64,000 nucleotides of DNA from Cenococcum geophilum (Eukaryota), in contig CP158636.1 in the NCBI GenBank assembly GCA_050273025.1, positions 10,850,001 to 10,914,000 of the forward strand. The letters are read 5' to 3'. Position numbers and translations under genes: made by a program. Shown in pieces: positions 52,301 through 64,000 of the stretch. The number at the start of each line of letters is the position of its first letter. Position 1 is the stretch's first letter. The notes beneath the pieces are model-generated. The model searched no databases and had not been told where the DNA came from. It was given only the letters and a program-made list of their open reading frames with translations.

Positions 52301-55300
52301 AATTTAGGGTCTATTCTAATCCGGTAAAAAGCCTAACGGATATTAAGCTTTATAAAGATCTTAGCTCTACTTATTTAGGCTAGAGTCTCGTTAAGTAAGG
52401 GTAGTGGATAGCGGTCCTTATGGGTTATATTATTAAGTTTACGGTAGTTAATACAGAAACGAAGTCCTCTATTTAGCTTCTTAGTAAAGAGAATAGGTGA
52501 GTTAAAAGGGGCTTAGCTAGGCTTAATAAAGCCCTTATCTAGGTTATTAATAAGGTACTGCTTTATAGCTTATAATTTAGCAGCAGACTGCTAACAGAGG
52601 GGGCTATAGCTAAGGGTGTCCTCCTTATCTGGCTCAATCTCGATCTTATAGTCATACGGTTAGTAAGGCGGAAGTATATTGGATACTACCTTAGAGAATA
52701 TATCCTTAAATTTCTGGTATTAATGAGGCAGTTTCTGTTTAACCAGCTCCTTATCTATAAGCTCGCTTTTCTATCCGCTAAGCTTACTTTCCTTTTCCTT
52801 AATTATTTAATTGATTTTATATAAGCTAGTAGTAAAGGCAACGGTATTAGGTTAAACCAAGTTCCGGTAGAATCCTACGGCGTTAATGCAGCAGATATTA
52901 ACCGGGGGAAGGTCTATAGGTTTCTTTACAGACTTTTATTAGGCCGTATTTTACGGTATAGAGTTTATAATCTTCCTTAGCTCACATTCCATTTTCCGTA
53001 AGTTATCCTTCTAATCTATTAGTTTAGTATATCGTCTAATATTCCTAGCTATCCTTTATAGCTTTATAGGGCCTAAGTTCTCCCTAGGGAACTTAGGTAG
53101 ATCACTACTAACTTCCTAGGTCTCTTATACGGGTGGCGTAGTATAGGTAACCTAGGGGCGGTGTAGTATACAGATCCTTTACGGATTAAGCTATATATCC
53201 TTCTTAAAAGCCTAGTCCCTACGCATTGTATCGGCCTAGTAAACGGGGTTTATCTACGGCCGTATAAGGTTTTCCATTATAATACTAATTTCTCTTATAA
53301 AGGAAGGCGTTGGGGGCATAGTTTTGGGCTAGAGAAGCTGTCTATTCCGTATATTAAGCTATAAGCCTAAATAAGCTAGCTATTTTCTTTTTAAGATTAT
53401 ATTATAGCTTCTAAGGTCTATAATTAGGAAGGGGATGTTATACTGCCTTTATCCGTCAACGCGGAGGTAGATCCGTAAGATAGTCGTAATAGGTAGCCCT
53501 ATCCGTCCGTTATACCCGTAAATAAGAATAAGTTTAGGCAGTTCTTTAAGGGGTACATTTAGAAATTTAGCCAGCTTTACAGCACACTAGGTGTCTATTA
53601 AGGCAAAGGCATTTACTTTAGAGTCAGCTAAAGCAGAGGTTAAAACTTAATATCTATTGCGGAATAAAGTATAAGGGATAGTGCAGCTTCTTTTACTAAC
53701 TAGCTAACCCAGATTAACATATAATATATCAATTCCTTTTAACCCTAGAGAGGAGTCTTCCTTTAGGGTTCCTCTTTTTCTAACTTTATACTATCCTCCT
53801 GAATTAACAGAACCTCGTTTATCTTCGCCGCTATTGGGCAGTTCCTTATAAAGTAGTCTTTTTAGCCATATAAAAAGTAAGCTCCTTAATTACTAAGGGC
53901 TTGTCTATAGGGGTTACTATAAGTAGGCCGAGTATATACCGGGCCCGCGGTAGGACTAGCTGTATAACTAGCTGCTAGGTTAATAATAGGCTAAACGGTT
54001 GGTGCCGTGGGAGTTGCGGTCCATATAGGGGTACTATTAGCTGTTTTTGTAGTGCTTATAGTCTGGTTTAAAGAGTTCCTAGCTTTATACCACTTAGCAC
54101 GTACCTTAATTTAATAGAGGCCTTAGTTAATAGCCAGATAGTGGTCTGTAAGTACCTTTAGCGTCTATATAGTAGTAAAAACTAGCAGTACGGCGCGCTA
54201 TAGGTCTAGGGTAAGTTTGTCAAAGAGGTCTAGCAGTAGATCTTTATAGGGAATTTAGGCTTAGCCAGCTAGGTGCAGAAAGCGGGTTTAGAAGGTTAAA
54301 AAGGTCTCCGTTATTTTTATATTTAGGCTTTTATAATTAAGGCGGGCGTTCTATATCTTAAAGGGGTCCTCATAAACGGAAGATAAGTGGTTAATTATTT
54401 CTTCTTTAGAGATAAAGGGGTCTGCGGAGTCTACGGCGTATTGTAAACGTAGATGCGTTTATACATCCCCACCGGTACGGCCAAAGATATAGGCCATTTT
54501 AGCTTAAGTAGTGGGGAAGTGGTCCGCATTAACTTTAAGCTTGTCTTGCAGTTAAAGCTTCCAATTATTAAATATAGGGTTGGTTCCGTCTATAAGTAAT
54601 GGGGGGTCTATAACCTTCGCAGATTGTAATAATGCGGTGCTTTAGGCTAGGGCCTTAAGGACTGTAGCAAGTTTGTCCAATAGGTCATTGCTAGAGGTAG
54701 GGGTGTCCCTAGTTTCTAGCAGTTCTTGTAGCCGTTTAATTTCGGCATTAGCTACCGCAAGCTCCGCCTAGGGGGTTAAAATAGTTATTATTTCTTTATC
54801 TAAGGTATTTAAGGGTCCTACAGCTACTTTACTAGCTGCTGTGTTTCTTGGCATAGTGGTACGGGTATTAGGTAATTCCGGGTAATTTCTTTAGGGGTTT
54901 TAGTCTATGCGCGTCCAGTTCTTAGGGTTCTTTTTATGTTCCTTTTATGTTTTAGGGGTTCTGTCCTATCCTTATGGTCCTAGTAATGTCCTTAGGGTCC
55001 TATTCTATGTCCTTATCCTTTTTATAGCCTTATAGATATATTTAAGTTCCTTCTTAGGAAGAAAGGGTAAGATAAGCTTTAGATAATATTAGCGACTCAG
55101 TTAATCGAGGCACGAGCACGACAAGAGAGACGCATAAGCCTATATAATTAGTAGTCTATAAACGAGGATCTAAAGCTAGAGAAAGGAAAGGAGAAGAAGA
55201 GCAGCGCCGGTCAAAGTAGGGTTCTTTTATGCGGTCCTCTAGTCACGTGACCTTAAAGTTCTGCTAAGTTCTACCAGTCAAGTTCTACCAAGTTCTGCCA

Positions 55301-55311
55301 GTGCCGTAACA
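49396..55311 (-). mobile_element. Gypsy/Ty3 chromovirus-type LTR retrotransposon B (5916 bp), RIP-inactivated, inserted at the start of the Ngaro RT
   Basis: 225-bp LTRs 49396-49620 and 55087-55311; PPT GGAGGGGGGGGTAA. RT motifs [25 protein letters not shown]; RNase H; integrase IVSDRGP; chromodomain-like end. No clean 5-bp TSD. Confidence 0.92.
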
Positions 55312-58300
55312 ATATTTACGGCTATTAAGGCTTAGTTCTTCTAGGAAAGGAGCTTAATTTTTAGGTCTACCCTAATCTAATATCCGAACTTTAAGATACT
55401 AATAATATTATGTTAGAGGTTACTAGGGTATAGGGATAAATAATGCCCCCACGCTTAAATAATTAAGGGGGAGGGAGAGTCCTATAGAGGAGAGGAGGGT
55501 AGGAAGACTAGAAATAATAGTATAGTATTTAGCCTACCTATACTATAAGGGTGGAGCACGGTTTTAGCGGAGTATAGGTATAGCTTAATAAAATCCTCTT
55601 CCTCCTCTTTCTTTTCCTTATTAATACTTTCCTCTAGTAATTATTATTTATAATTTCTCGCAGCATATAGGCTACTATACTTGCTATAGGTATATAGGAA
55701 CTTATAATTCTTACCTAGGTTATATTTCCCTTTATTAAAGCTATAATAGGTCCTTAAGATATTAGTACTTACTTACGTGCGTTTTAAGATAGATACGGAT
55801 TTATAAGTACTGGGATTATAATAGATATCTAAGAAGTTACTAGAGATCTTCTAGCTAGCTAGCTCTAACTAGTTCTTTTAAATAACTATAGAGTAGTACT
55901 CTAAGGCTATAGTTATTAAGGGAGCAATTTAGTAGGTGGTAAATAGCTAGATAACTTAATTATAAAAGGTAAGTATTTAGGGAATAAAATCTACTAAAAG
56001 ATTCTTATATATAATAATTAAAATTATTATATAGTTAAGGAAGTCCTCTACCCACACTTTAACTAATAGGTAGTCCTTTATTATCTCTTCTTTTAGTCTT
56101 ATAGAAAGAACGCTATTAATAATAAGGATATTATTCTAAGGCTTAGACTAAAGCTAGTATATTTAAAGGCGAGAGAGGTTATTAGGCAAGAAAGTACCCT
56201 AAAATACCTTAAGTATCTCTTTATTTGGGACGCTAGAGAAGAGAATATTTAGGATATTAGCTATATAGGGGAGCAACTTACCTAGTTTATTAATTAGGGT
56301 TAAGGATAATACTACTATAGCTAATCTTACTATTACCGTAGCAAGGCTTAATATATAGAGTTTAGTTACCTAATCTTTCTATTCTTTTTAAACGCGTAGT
56401 ATTTTAGTACGGTCCTCTTATTCCTAAAGAAGTCTTATTTTCCAGTTAGTTACTTAGTCCTTAACCTCCTTTACCTAAGCTCTTTTAATTCTTAGGTCCT
56501 CCTTATATAGTTATTAAAGCCATTCTTTAGCTTTTTTAGCGGCTAAAGTCTCGCGTTAAGCCGCGGAGAGAGGCGCTATTATAGAGGATAGAGACTATAA
56601 TGCCGGCGTATCGCCTAAAGGTATAGGGGAAGGTAAGGGAAACTAGTAGGTAACCTCTAAGGAGTTTAGCTCGTCGAGTGTGTTATTATTAGTTAAGTTT
56701 TTAAGGTTTTTACGGATAATTCGCGAAGGTTTAGATAAGCGTATAGGTTATTAAGTTATTAACAGCAACAATTAATTATTAGAAATTGAGTAAATAAGGC
56801 ATTGGCTCTTAAATGAGACTAATATGGAAAGCAAGCAAGCAAGGCTCAATTTTGTGAATGTTGATGATGTTGGTGTTGCTGAGATGCAGGGGTGCTGCAG
56901 TGCTCGCTTGGCCACATAGACATGTCCATATTCAATAACTTTCAGTATTGAACATATAGTATTGATATTGCATATTAAGCGTTAATATTCAATGTTCAAT
57001 AATCGTTAATCAATAGTGAATATAGATAAAAGCACTGCGAGTGTGTCCTACCCCGCAGGCAGACTTGAGTGCACTACCCACTACACTAGTGAATAGCTCA
57101 CCAAACATCCCCATGCAGCTTTGGATCTAGACTGCAAACAGGCCAAAGCGCACAGTTCGGGCATACTAGAAAATCTGCCACCGTACATCAGTCTCATATG
57201 CATCATGTTTCCACCAGTATGCAGCCAGGGTTGAGACAATGTGTTGACCGCTAACTAACACCAAAAAAGACCAGTCCTATTGACAACGCCAATTAGGACA
57301 ATATATAGCCTCAAATTCCGGTCGACATAATGCATAATCACATCCGACTCTGCCTCGTATTGGTAACTTGATGCAGACCCTGGTCGTCAGGCGCCAGCTT
57401 CTGTTAGTGTTTAACGCCACTCAACGGGGGTACTCCCAAAAGCACTTTCAGAAGGAGATGATTGGCTTTGAGATATGCGTGTAGGTTGGCCCGAAATCTG
57501 CCCCGCGGAGACAGGCATAGACCCTCATAGAAGGTGCCGCGAAAGGAATATCTGACAGATGCTTTAAGATTACGACACCAAACTTGGAATCTGCCTCGCC
57601 CAGCCCTCCTTGATTGAACTTATAATTGTTGCGCTAGAAGCTAAAAACCCGCCGAGATGGAATTTTCGCGAATACCTGCACCTTCGGTTTGGTGATCATT
57701 CTCCGCTAGAAGTATCTTTAAACAAGAGCACATTGCAACTTCATCCTGACTGATTCTTTCGGGTAGAAAGTGAGCCATGAACATTCGAGATAGGAATCTG
57801 CACTCGCTAATTTATGTCGTATCTAGGACCTCGATCATTAATGGCGTTGAGCGCTGAACCAACCAAGATACCCACGCATGTCATCGATCCAAAGACGACT
57901 CTTAACGGAAAAAGACGATCATGGTCAGAGTTGATAACAAGCAAGCAAGCTAGAAGGCCGTGCGCAAACCGTGCACAGGTTGACATCAGCACCTTGCACG
58001 AGACCACAGACCGTATTGATGGCCTTGCATCTGACCTTTTACCACTGTATATAGCATTTGTACGGCTTTGCGCACGGTCCCAAGCCAGGTTAGCTTGCTT
58101 ATTCTCAGCTCTGAATAATCAAAGAGAGAAGAGACGACGCTAAGAAGATGTACAGATGAAGGCGTTGACTTCTACCCAGTTGCAGTTGGCAAGAACTATC
58201 TGGATAAACCCCCTGAACGTGGAGCACCTATAAAGGTCTCACACGATGAACTCTTGAAAATCACGTGCAACTATGAAGAGTATTCGTGCCCGACTTTATC

Positions 58301-58516
58301 TTATAAATCAGACGCTCCGTGGTAGGATTTAGTTACGGGGCAATACAACGGCTCTCTATACCCTCCAAAATCTTCTGCGAAGCGTACAAACTGAAATTAT
58401 CTTTTTTAATCCTTTCCTACGAGCTACGTCCCAACCATAATAGTCATAATATATATATTTGATATGATGGATTCTTTAGGTAATTATATCTTTATAAATA
58501 TATACTATAGCCCTAT

Positions 58517-58774
58517 TGTCGACCTGAATCGGACTTCCTTACCACCATCGTACTACTGTCTGACGACCTAGATCGTCTATACGAACTATGTCTCAGTTGT
58601 CTCGTATCTTGAGTTCGTATGTTTCATCGAACGTCTCATTACCTGTTTCTATTAACTATGACCTACTAAATGACGACGTCGTCGTCATTGTATTTGGACC
58701 TACCTGATGTATATAAGAGAGCTTCTAGAGCCCTCTTTAATAAACAGAGTCCTCATCCGATTCTACGTTCAACA
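58517..58774. mobile_element. Solo LTR (258 bp) with intact TSD
   Basis: TGTCGACC...GTTCAACA flanked by CCTAT on both sides; same family as 12301-12560. Confidence 0.93.
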
Positions 58775-58859
58775 CCTATATCTAGAATACTAAGGGGCGA
58801 GATATATTGTTATAAAACGCAAGTTAGATTTTAAATCGTATCTTTGTAGATGCTAGACT

Positions 58860-59200
58860 AAAACTAACTAACTACCTATATCTAGCTTATATAATAAAGC
58901 TACGATATCGCTATAATATAGAGGCGATAGAGAAGATAAAGGGTTTTTAGTTTATAGCATTTTAGAGATAATTAGACGTAGAAAAGTATATAAGGTATAG
59001 TAGTAAGGTAAGATTATAATAAAACTAGATTAAAACTAACCAACTACCTATATCTAACTTCTCATATAATAAAGCTGCAATATTACTATAACGTAGAGGC
59101 GATAGAGAAGATAAAGAGCTTTCACCTTATAGTATTTTAGAGATAATTAAACCTAGAGAAGTATATAAGGTATAGCAGTAAGGTAAGATTGCGACAGAGA
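58860..59200 (+). repeat. About 172-bp tandem duplication, RIP-like divergence
   Basis: Units begin AAAACTAAC at 58860 and 59032 and share GAGGCGATAGAGAAGATAAAG and GTAAGGTAAGATT. Confidence 0.85.
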
Positions 59201-59622
59201 ACTTTAAGCTACCACTAAAATGACGCCCATAAGCTCTCAGACCCTCTGTGGGGAATTCGTTTGATAAGTAGCAGTACGAACGTCCGTGCGCCCCAACGAT
59301 TCACGGTCTGAGCCTGCTGAGGTAAGGGCCCTGTTACATCCTCTCGGACACACCTGGTAAGACGATCATCTGGGAAACAGAAATTAGCCATTGCAGGCAT
59401 TAGCCAGTCCGATCCAAAATAAGCCTCCTATGTGGAGTACAGTCTAGGCTTTCTTTCAAAGTCCTGTGGGCTGACCCCCGGAAGTTGTAGATCAAGTTGG
59501 TGTACGGTGGGGTGCATTTGAAGGCTACTTACGCCCCGTTGCCTTTAAATAGGATACCTACTCGCAACCTTCCTCCCGCTTACAGACTCGGCCCTCGCTA
59601 CAAACTCTCTGGTGCTAGAAAA

Positions 59623-60190
59623 ATGCCTTTTTCCAGTCAATTTGCGTTGTCACTTGAACTCACACGACTTCTTCCGATTATAGGGCGATCCCAGGTTGTC
59701 GAAGATGTGATTAAGTTGGCAAGGAGCTTGCAGGTAAACAGCCTCGTCCCGCTATCTAATGACGCCTACATCGACCTCTCCAATGAGCTTTATTATCTCG
59801 AGACGTACTACTCGCAATCACGATTGTAGTTAACGGAGGTTACAGGGCTCTGGATCAGACATTGTGATCGAGGAAGACTTGATGCGACTTTATGGTCACG
59901 CTCGCATCGAGGCACAACTCGCCTCATCGTTTAGAACAACGGTCGCAAAGACCGCATCGACAAAGCTCTGCGCGGGAATCAGCCTAGAAAGTGGCCCTGG
60001 ACCAACGGTAGCCAGAGCCTTGTCTAAGAACCAAACTCCATACTTCTCCACGGTCGTACAATGTTCTATGCTATGCTCAATTTTTGACATACACCAACTT
60101 GCGGCAGCAATACAACAAGTATTCGAAAAACAAGCCGAGGACGCTCCACCAGGCCACCTAGCTGGGGTAATACCAAGTTCAGCTGCGATA
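59623..60190 (+). pseudogene. 5' part of a fungal hypothetical-protein gene, truncated by an LTR fragment; intron 59734-59845
   Basis: MPFSSQFALSLELTRLLP..ARSLQ|GSGSDIVIEEDL..GPGPTVARAL..YFSTVVQCSML splices in frame and then runs straight into Gypsy B LTR sequence. Confidence 0.7.
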
Positions 60191-60313
60191 CGGCGCTGCT
60201 CTTCTTCTCCTTTCCTTTCTCTAGCTTTAGATCCTCGTTTATAGACTACCAATCGTATAGGCTTGCGCGTCCCTCTTGCCGTGCTCGTGCCTCAATTGAC
60301 TGAGTCGCTAACA
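60191..60313 (+). mobile_element. Partial LTR of the Gypsy B family, inverted relative to 49396-55311
   Basis: Reverse complement of the first ~123 bp of 49396-49620, ending GAGTCGCTAACA. Confidence 0.9.
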
Positions 60314-61474
60314 ATTACTACTTTACGGTATTTTAATAAGAGAGCCTTTTTTAGTATTATTTACCTGTTTTATATATAGAATAAAATAGGTTTCGCTTAT
60401 AGGTCGTATCGCATTTGCAAGGTCTATAAGCTAGATCCTATTAGTTATCTATAGAAGGTCGTGCTTCTCTACCATCTTTATTACATATTCCCATTAGTTA
60501 AGCCACTAGGTAACCTTTATCTACTTAAGTCCCTTAAGTAATTCTATATACTATAGTTATACTTTCCTTATTATAAAGTTCTTTAAGGGCTTAGTGTCTT
60601 CTTTTAACTAAGTTAGCCATTCCTTAACTATAAGGGAAAGGTTAAGTAGTAGCTTCTTCTAAATCGATACTATAGACGTAATCTAGGTGCGGATCTATTG
60701 GAGATAATCTTCCTATCTTAGGAAATACTTTATATCCTAGTCGTAGTATCGTCTGCTATTCTTATACGCTTTCTATTAATTTGTCGAGAGCTATATATAT
60801 AAGGTTACATTCTTATTAAAATCTATAACTTCTAGATAGGCTAGTTCTCGTAATAGATCTCGTTAAGGTGCTGTATTATCTAGGTTAACGTAGGCCCAAA
60901 TTCGCTAATCTATAAGGGCTTGGAGTTGCCATAGCCATTATTCCCAGTCTTCTGGCTTATTAAGGATAATCGTGGTAGACGACCTCAATATTAGTAGAGT
61001 CATTTAACTAATAGGCAGAGAGGGAATTAAGATGGAATTTTAATCTAGGTCATCCTGTGATAATTAAGGTGGAATCTCGTGGAATCTCGTAGTCGAATCG
61101 TCCTTATCGTTAGGATCGTCCTTTTAATAATAAGGTAGAATTTCTTTAAATAATTAAGTGATAACTAAATAGCTTCTTATGTCGGCGGACTAGGCTTATA
61201 ACTGTTACGAAGTGCATATAGAGCAGTTCATTGATAAAATAGGTTAATTAATTAATAATTGATTGACGATCTGTGTCGTCTTGATGTGGTAGTTGACCTG
61301 GGGCCCCTAGGGCTCTATGAAGAGATTTACAATGCACATGCTCCGTGTACGTGACTTGTGCACGTCCCAGACTTGTGTCAGATAGATTATCCTATCTAGT
61401 TAGGCGGATAATAATCCTATCCGAGGATAGCCCGGATATCGGATAATATCCAGATAAGGCTTGGCATCCGTAGA
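60314..61474 (-). mobile_element. 5' fragment of another Copia element: LTR (about 61474-61203), primer-binding site and partial gag
   Basis: On the minus strand CGTAACA is followed by GTTATAAGCCTAG, a RIP-like version of the fungal Copia GGTTATGAGCCC motif; gag-like IILNKPEDWE*WLWQLQAL..IWAYVN. Confidence 0.7.
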
Positions 61475-61525
61475 ATTTTAACTATATAACTAAATCTCTT
61501 ATTTCTATTGTATAATGCTATAAAT

Positions 61526-63836
61526 ATGGCTAATACTAGTGAAATTTACTCTAAAAACTTCGATGACAATAATTCCTTTAAAGTTAATACACTTTCTACT
61601 CTTTTAAGCAGTGTTAAGACCGAAGCTAATACCGGTTTAATCCTAACTACTTATATAATATATACCTTAAGATAAGTCTCCTTAATTTATAAATATACTT
61701 ATACGGCAATAAAGGAAGAAAAAGCTTATATAAAGAAACGCTATTTTATAAATACTATCCTCCTTAAGACCTAAAAGGACACTATTCCTTAACTATTGGA
61801 TTATAAGGCCATCTTAGAAAATATAATATTAAATGGAATCTAGTAGAGAATTAAGAGCGTACAATAGCAAAAGATTAGGGGGAGAGATCTCTTTTAGAAC
61901 TATATTAAAAGCTTCTAGTAAAAGGAGAAGTCTAAGGTCTTAAGGGCGAGGTTCTAAAGCGTACGGTATATTAAGATATCGTAAAGCAAGCACTTCTGGA
62001 TCTAATTATTGTACAACGGCTTCCCTTCTTATATGTGGAATGGCTAGAGTTTTATACTTTTATAAAAGCGTTAAATTAAGAAGCACCCTTAATTATCCCG
62101 ATATACTACATAATAATTATAACCTAGATTCTTAAACACTTTACTAAGAGTTAAGATATTATACGAAAAGTACTTTAATCTATAAAGATAAATATTTACC
62201 TTTCCGTAGACGTCTGGACCTCTCTAAGTTATACCCTTCTTCTTAAAATCTATACTAGCTTTATTAATATCCAGGACAAATACTAAAACCCCTTAATTAC
62301 CCTTTATATAATATCTAGTTAAAGTGGTGCAGATTAATAGGAGGCGCTTTATCCGGTTCTTATTAAGTATAGTATTAAAATAAAGATTAGAGCTCTTATT
62401 GGCGATAATACTGGATTAAACAATATTCTCTATTATATAATTAGCTAATGGCTTAGCCTTAAATATAAAATTAACTAGATTGCAATATATTAAAGAATTC
62501 ACTATTAGGGGCACGTTATTAATCTTATTGTTTAGGCCTTTCTATTTAGTTTAAAGAAGGATAAAAAGCTTATAAACTTATATAATAAAGAGGATAAGGA
62601 AGAAGAGGAAGAGGAAGAGGAAGAAGAAGAAGTTATATAATAAGCACTACAGCTAATTAAAGGAAAAGATAAGAGGAAAAAGAAGGATAAAGAATTAGAG
62701 CTAGTATCGGACAAAATACGTAAAAGAGGTAAAAATATTCGAAATATTATGGGGCCGATAGGAAAGCTTTATAACCATATTATTTATATCCGCAGCTTAG
62801 CTAACTATACAATATAGTTTATTAAACATGCTAGTAAAGTTATTTCTTTTAATAATTGTACGAGATAGAATAGCTAGTTTCTTATATTATATATGGCTCT
62901 AGAGGATAAGGTAAAGGCTAGGCTTTAACTCTACGTAAAGTACTATAAGGACAATTTCCTAAAAGATAATATCCTCTTAATAAGCGAATAGATATATCTT
63001 TATACAATTTATAATTTCCTTTAGTCTTTCTATAAAGCAACTCTATTTCTTTAAGGAGATTATATAACACTAGAGAGGGTTCTAAAATTAGTTAATATTC
63101 TTAAGGATATAATATAGACTGCATTAGTATATTATATAATACTTTTAATATTTCTCTAGCTAATTCTTTCCTTCTAGGTAATAGCTACTAAGGCTAAGGA
63201 TAAGTTTATAGCTGCTTAACTCTAATATGCGGAGGAAAAGCTTGTAAAGTATATTAAAAAGCTAGATAATTCTCCCTACTATCTAGCGGCACGAGTTCTT
63301 AACCTAGAGTGTTATACGGCTTTCTTAAAAGATTAAAATAATTATATTACTATTGAAGGAGAAAAGAAGCTCTTTAGCGTATAAAAGCTCTAGGAGAGGT
63401 TCCGCGAGAAAGTAATACTTTAGGTTTAACTATATCGTACGCAACTAAGAAAACTTAAAAGTCGCCTTTAGAGTCTAAAGAAAACCTCTCTACCTTCTAT
63501 AAGGCTTATCTTTAGTATTATTTAAAGTATACTCGTCTACAGAGTCTAGATAAGTTTAATAACTATATTAATAAGAATCCAATTCCACTTAATGGCCGTA
63601 TAATAGCTATTTAATAGTAGAATTAGCCTCTTTAGCGTACGAGATTTCTATAACTCTTATAGCTTATAATTAAAGTTCTCTTAATACCTGGAATAAGCGA
63701 TAAGCTAGAGAGAGTATTTTTAGGGTTTTAACGTCGCGTTCTATAGGATCGTACGAGAACTACTCTATAAATACTTAAGGCATCGGAGTGCGCAAAGGAC
63801 TAGGCGGCTTGTAAGATTATAAGTATTCTCTTATAG
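61526..63836 (+). mobile_element. hAT-superfamily (Restless/Tfo1-like) transposase gene, RIP-inactivated
   Basis: Degenerate BED finger, LSVDVWTS, LIGDN, GHVINL, TR*NS, YYLAARVLN and ERVF dimerisation motif, with many TAA/TAG stops; TIRs not located. Confidence 0.88.
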
Positions 63837-64000
63837 TCGTACGAGGGAAAGTATATAAGAGGTATGTTATACAATACTAAAAGGGGGAAGGGGGGTATAT
63901 AAATAAAATAATTTTAGGCAAAAGGTATCTACTAAAGGCGCGTAGGTGGCGTAGGTAAATATAGTAATTTTAAACTTAAAAGTTTATAAGTTTAAATCCT

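Larger units (their letters stand above)
31028..56929 (-). mobile_element. Ngaro-type tyrosine-recombinase retrotransposon (about 4.7 kb reconstructed), RIP-mutated and interrupted by two Gypsy insertions
   Basis: Split direct repeats A1 56929-56826, B1 31504-31356, A2 31354-31251, B2 31176-31028. RT about 49395-48600 (DIKDAF, APFLFNLF, EHYLDNF), RNase H about 48500-48050. YR is split: about 47950-47252 (AFTGFLYLGEIT) and 32002-31700 (GHLFRKG..LGRWS..AF). Confidence 0.9.

Noticed and set aside
56930..57030. ATTCAAT/ATTGAA-rich repeats flanking the Ngaro, as an older host transposon
   Set aside because: No matching TIR pair or TSD could be identified with the 30.9-kb side.
12301..58774. The two same-family LTRs as ends of one 46-kb element
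   Set aside because: The right copy has its own CCTAT TSD, and the outer flanks GATCC and CCTAT do not match.

Overview
Eukaryotic DNA from a filamentous ascomycete, judged from short GT-AG introns with CTAAC-type branch sites and a strong RIP (CpA/TpG->TpA) signature. About 1-26 kb is mainly genic: a small conserved protein, a decayed actinobacterial-type SAM methyltransferase, a 5-exon CLC chloride channel, an internally deleted Helitron, a DUF2985-like membrane protein, two unrelated gene relics joined by a TSD-less solo LTR, a BTB protein and a large NACHT-TPR (NLR-like) gene. About 26.5-64 kb is a nested transposon stack. It holds a deleted Tc1 element, a pogo-type MITE carrying a young gag-only LTR element, and a tyrosine-recombinase Ngaro retrotransposon with split direct repeats. 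The Ngaro is interrupted by two chromovirus-type Gypsy elements, one of which contains a Copia element and a 1-kb TPRT-type insertion. Further right are a solo LTR, a truncated gene, a Copia fragment and a RIP-inactivated hAT transposase. The most notable signal is the 1-kb insertion (33797-34815; 16-bp TSD, (ATT)n tail), whose first nucleotide is G1 of a predicted HDV-like self-cleaving ribozyme. Two Copia-lineage families also share a hairpin where a tRNA primer-binding site is expected. All family calls are from motif recognition by eye; no searches were run.
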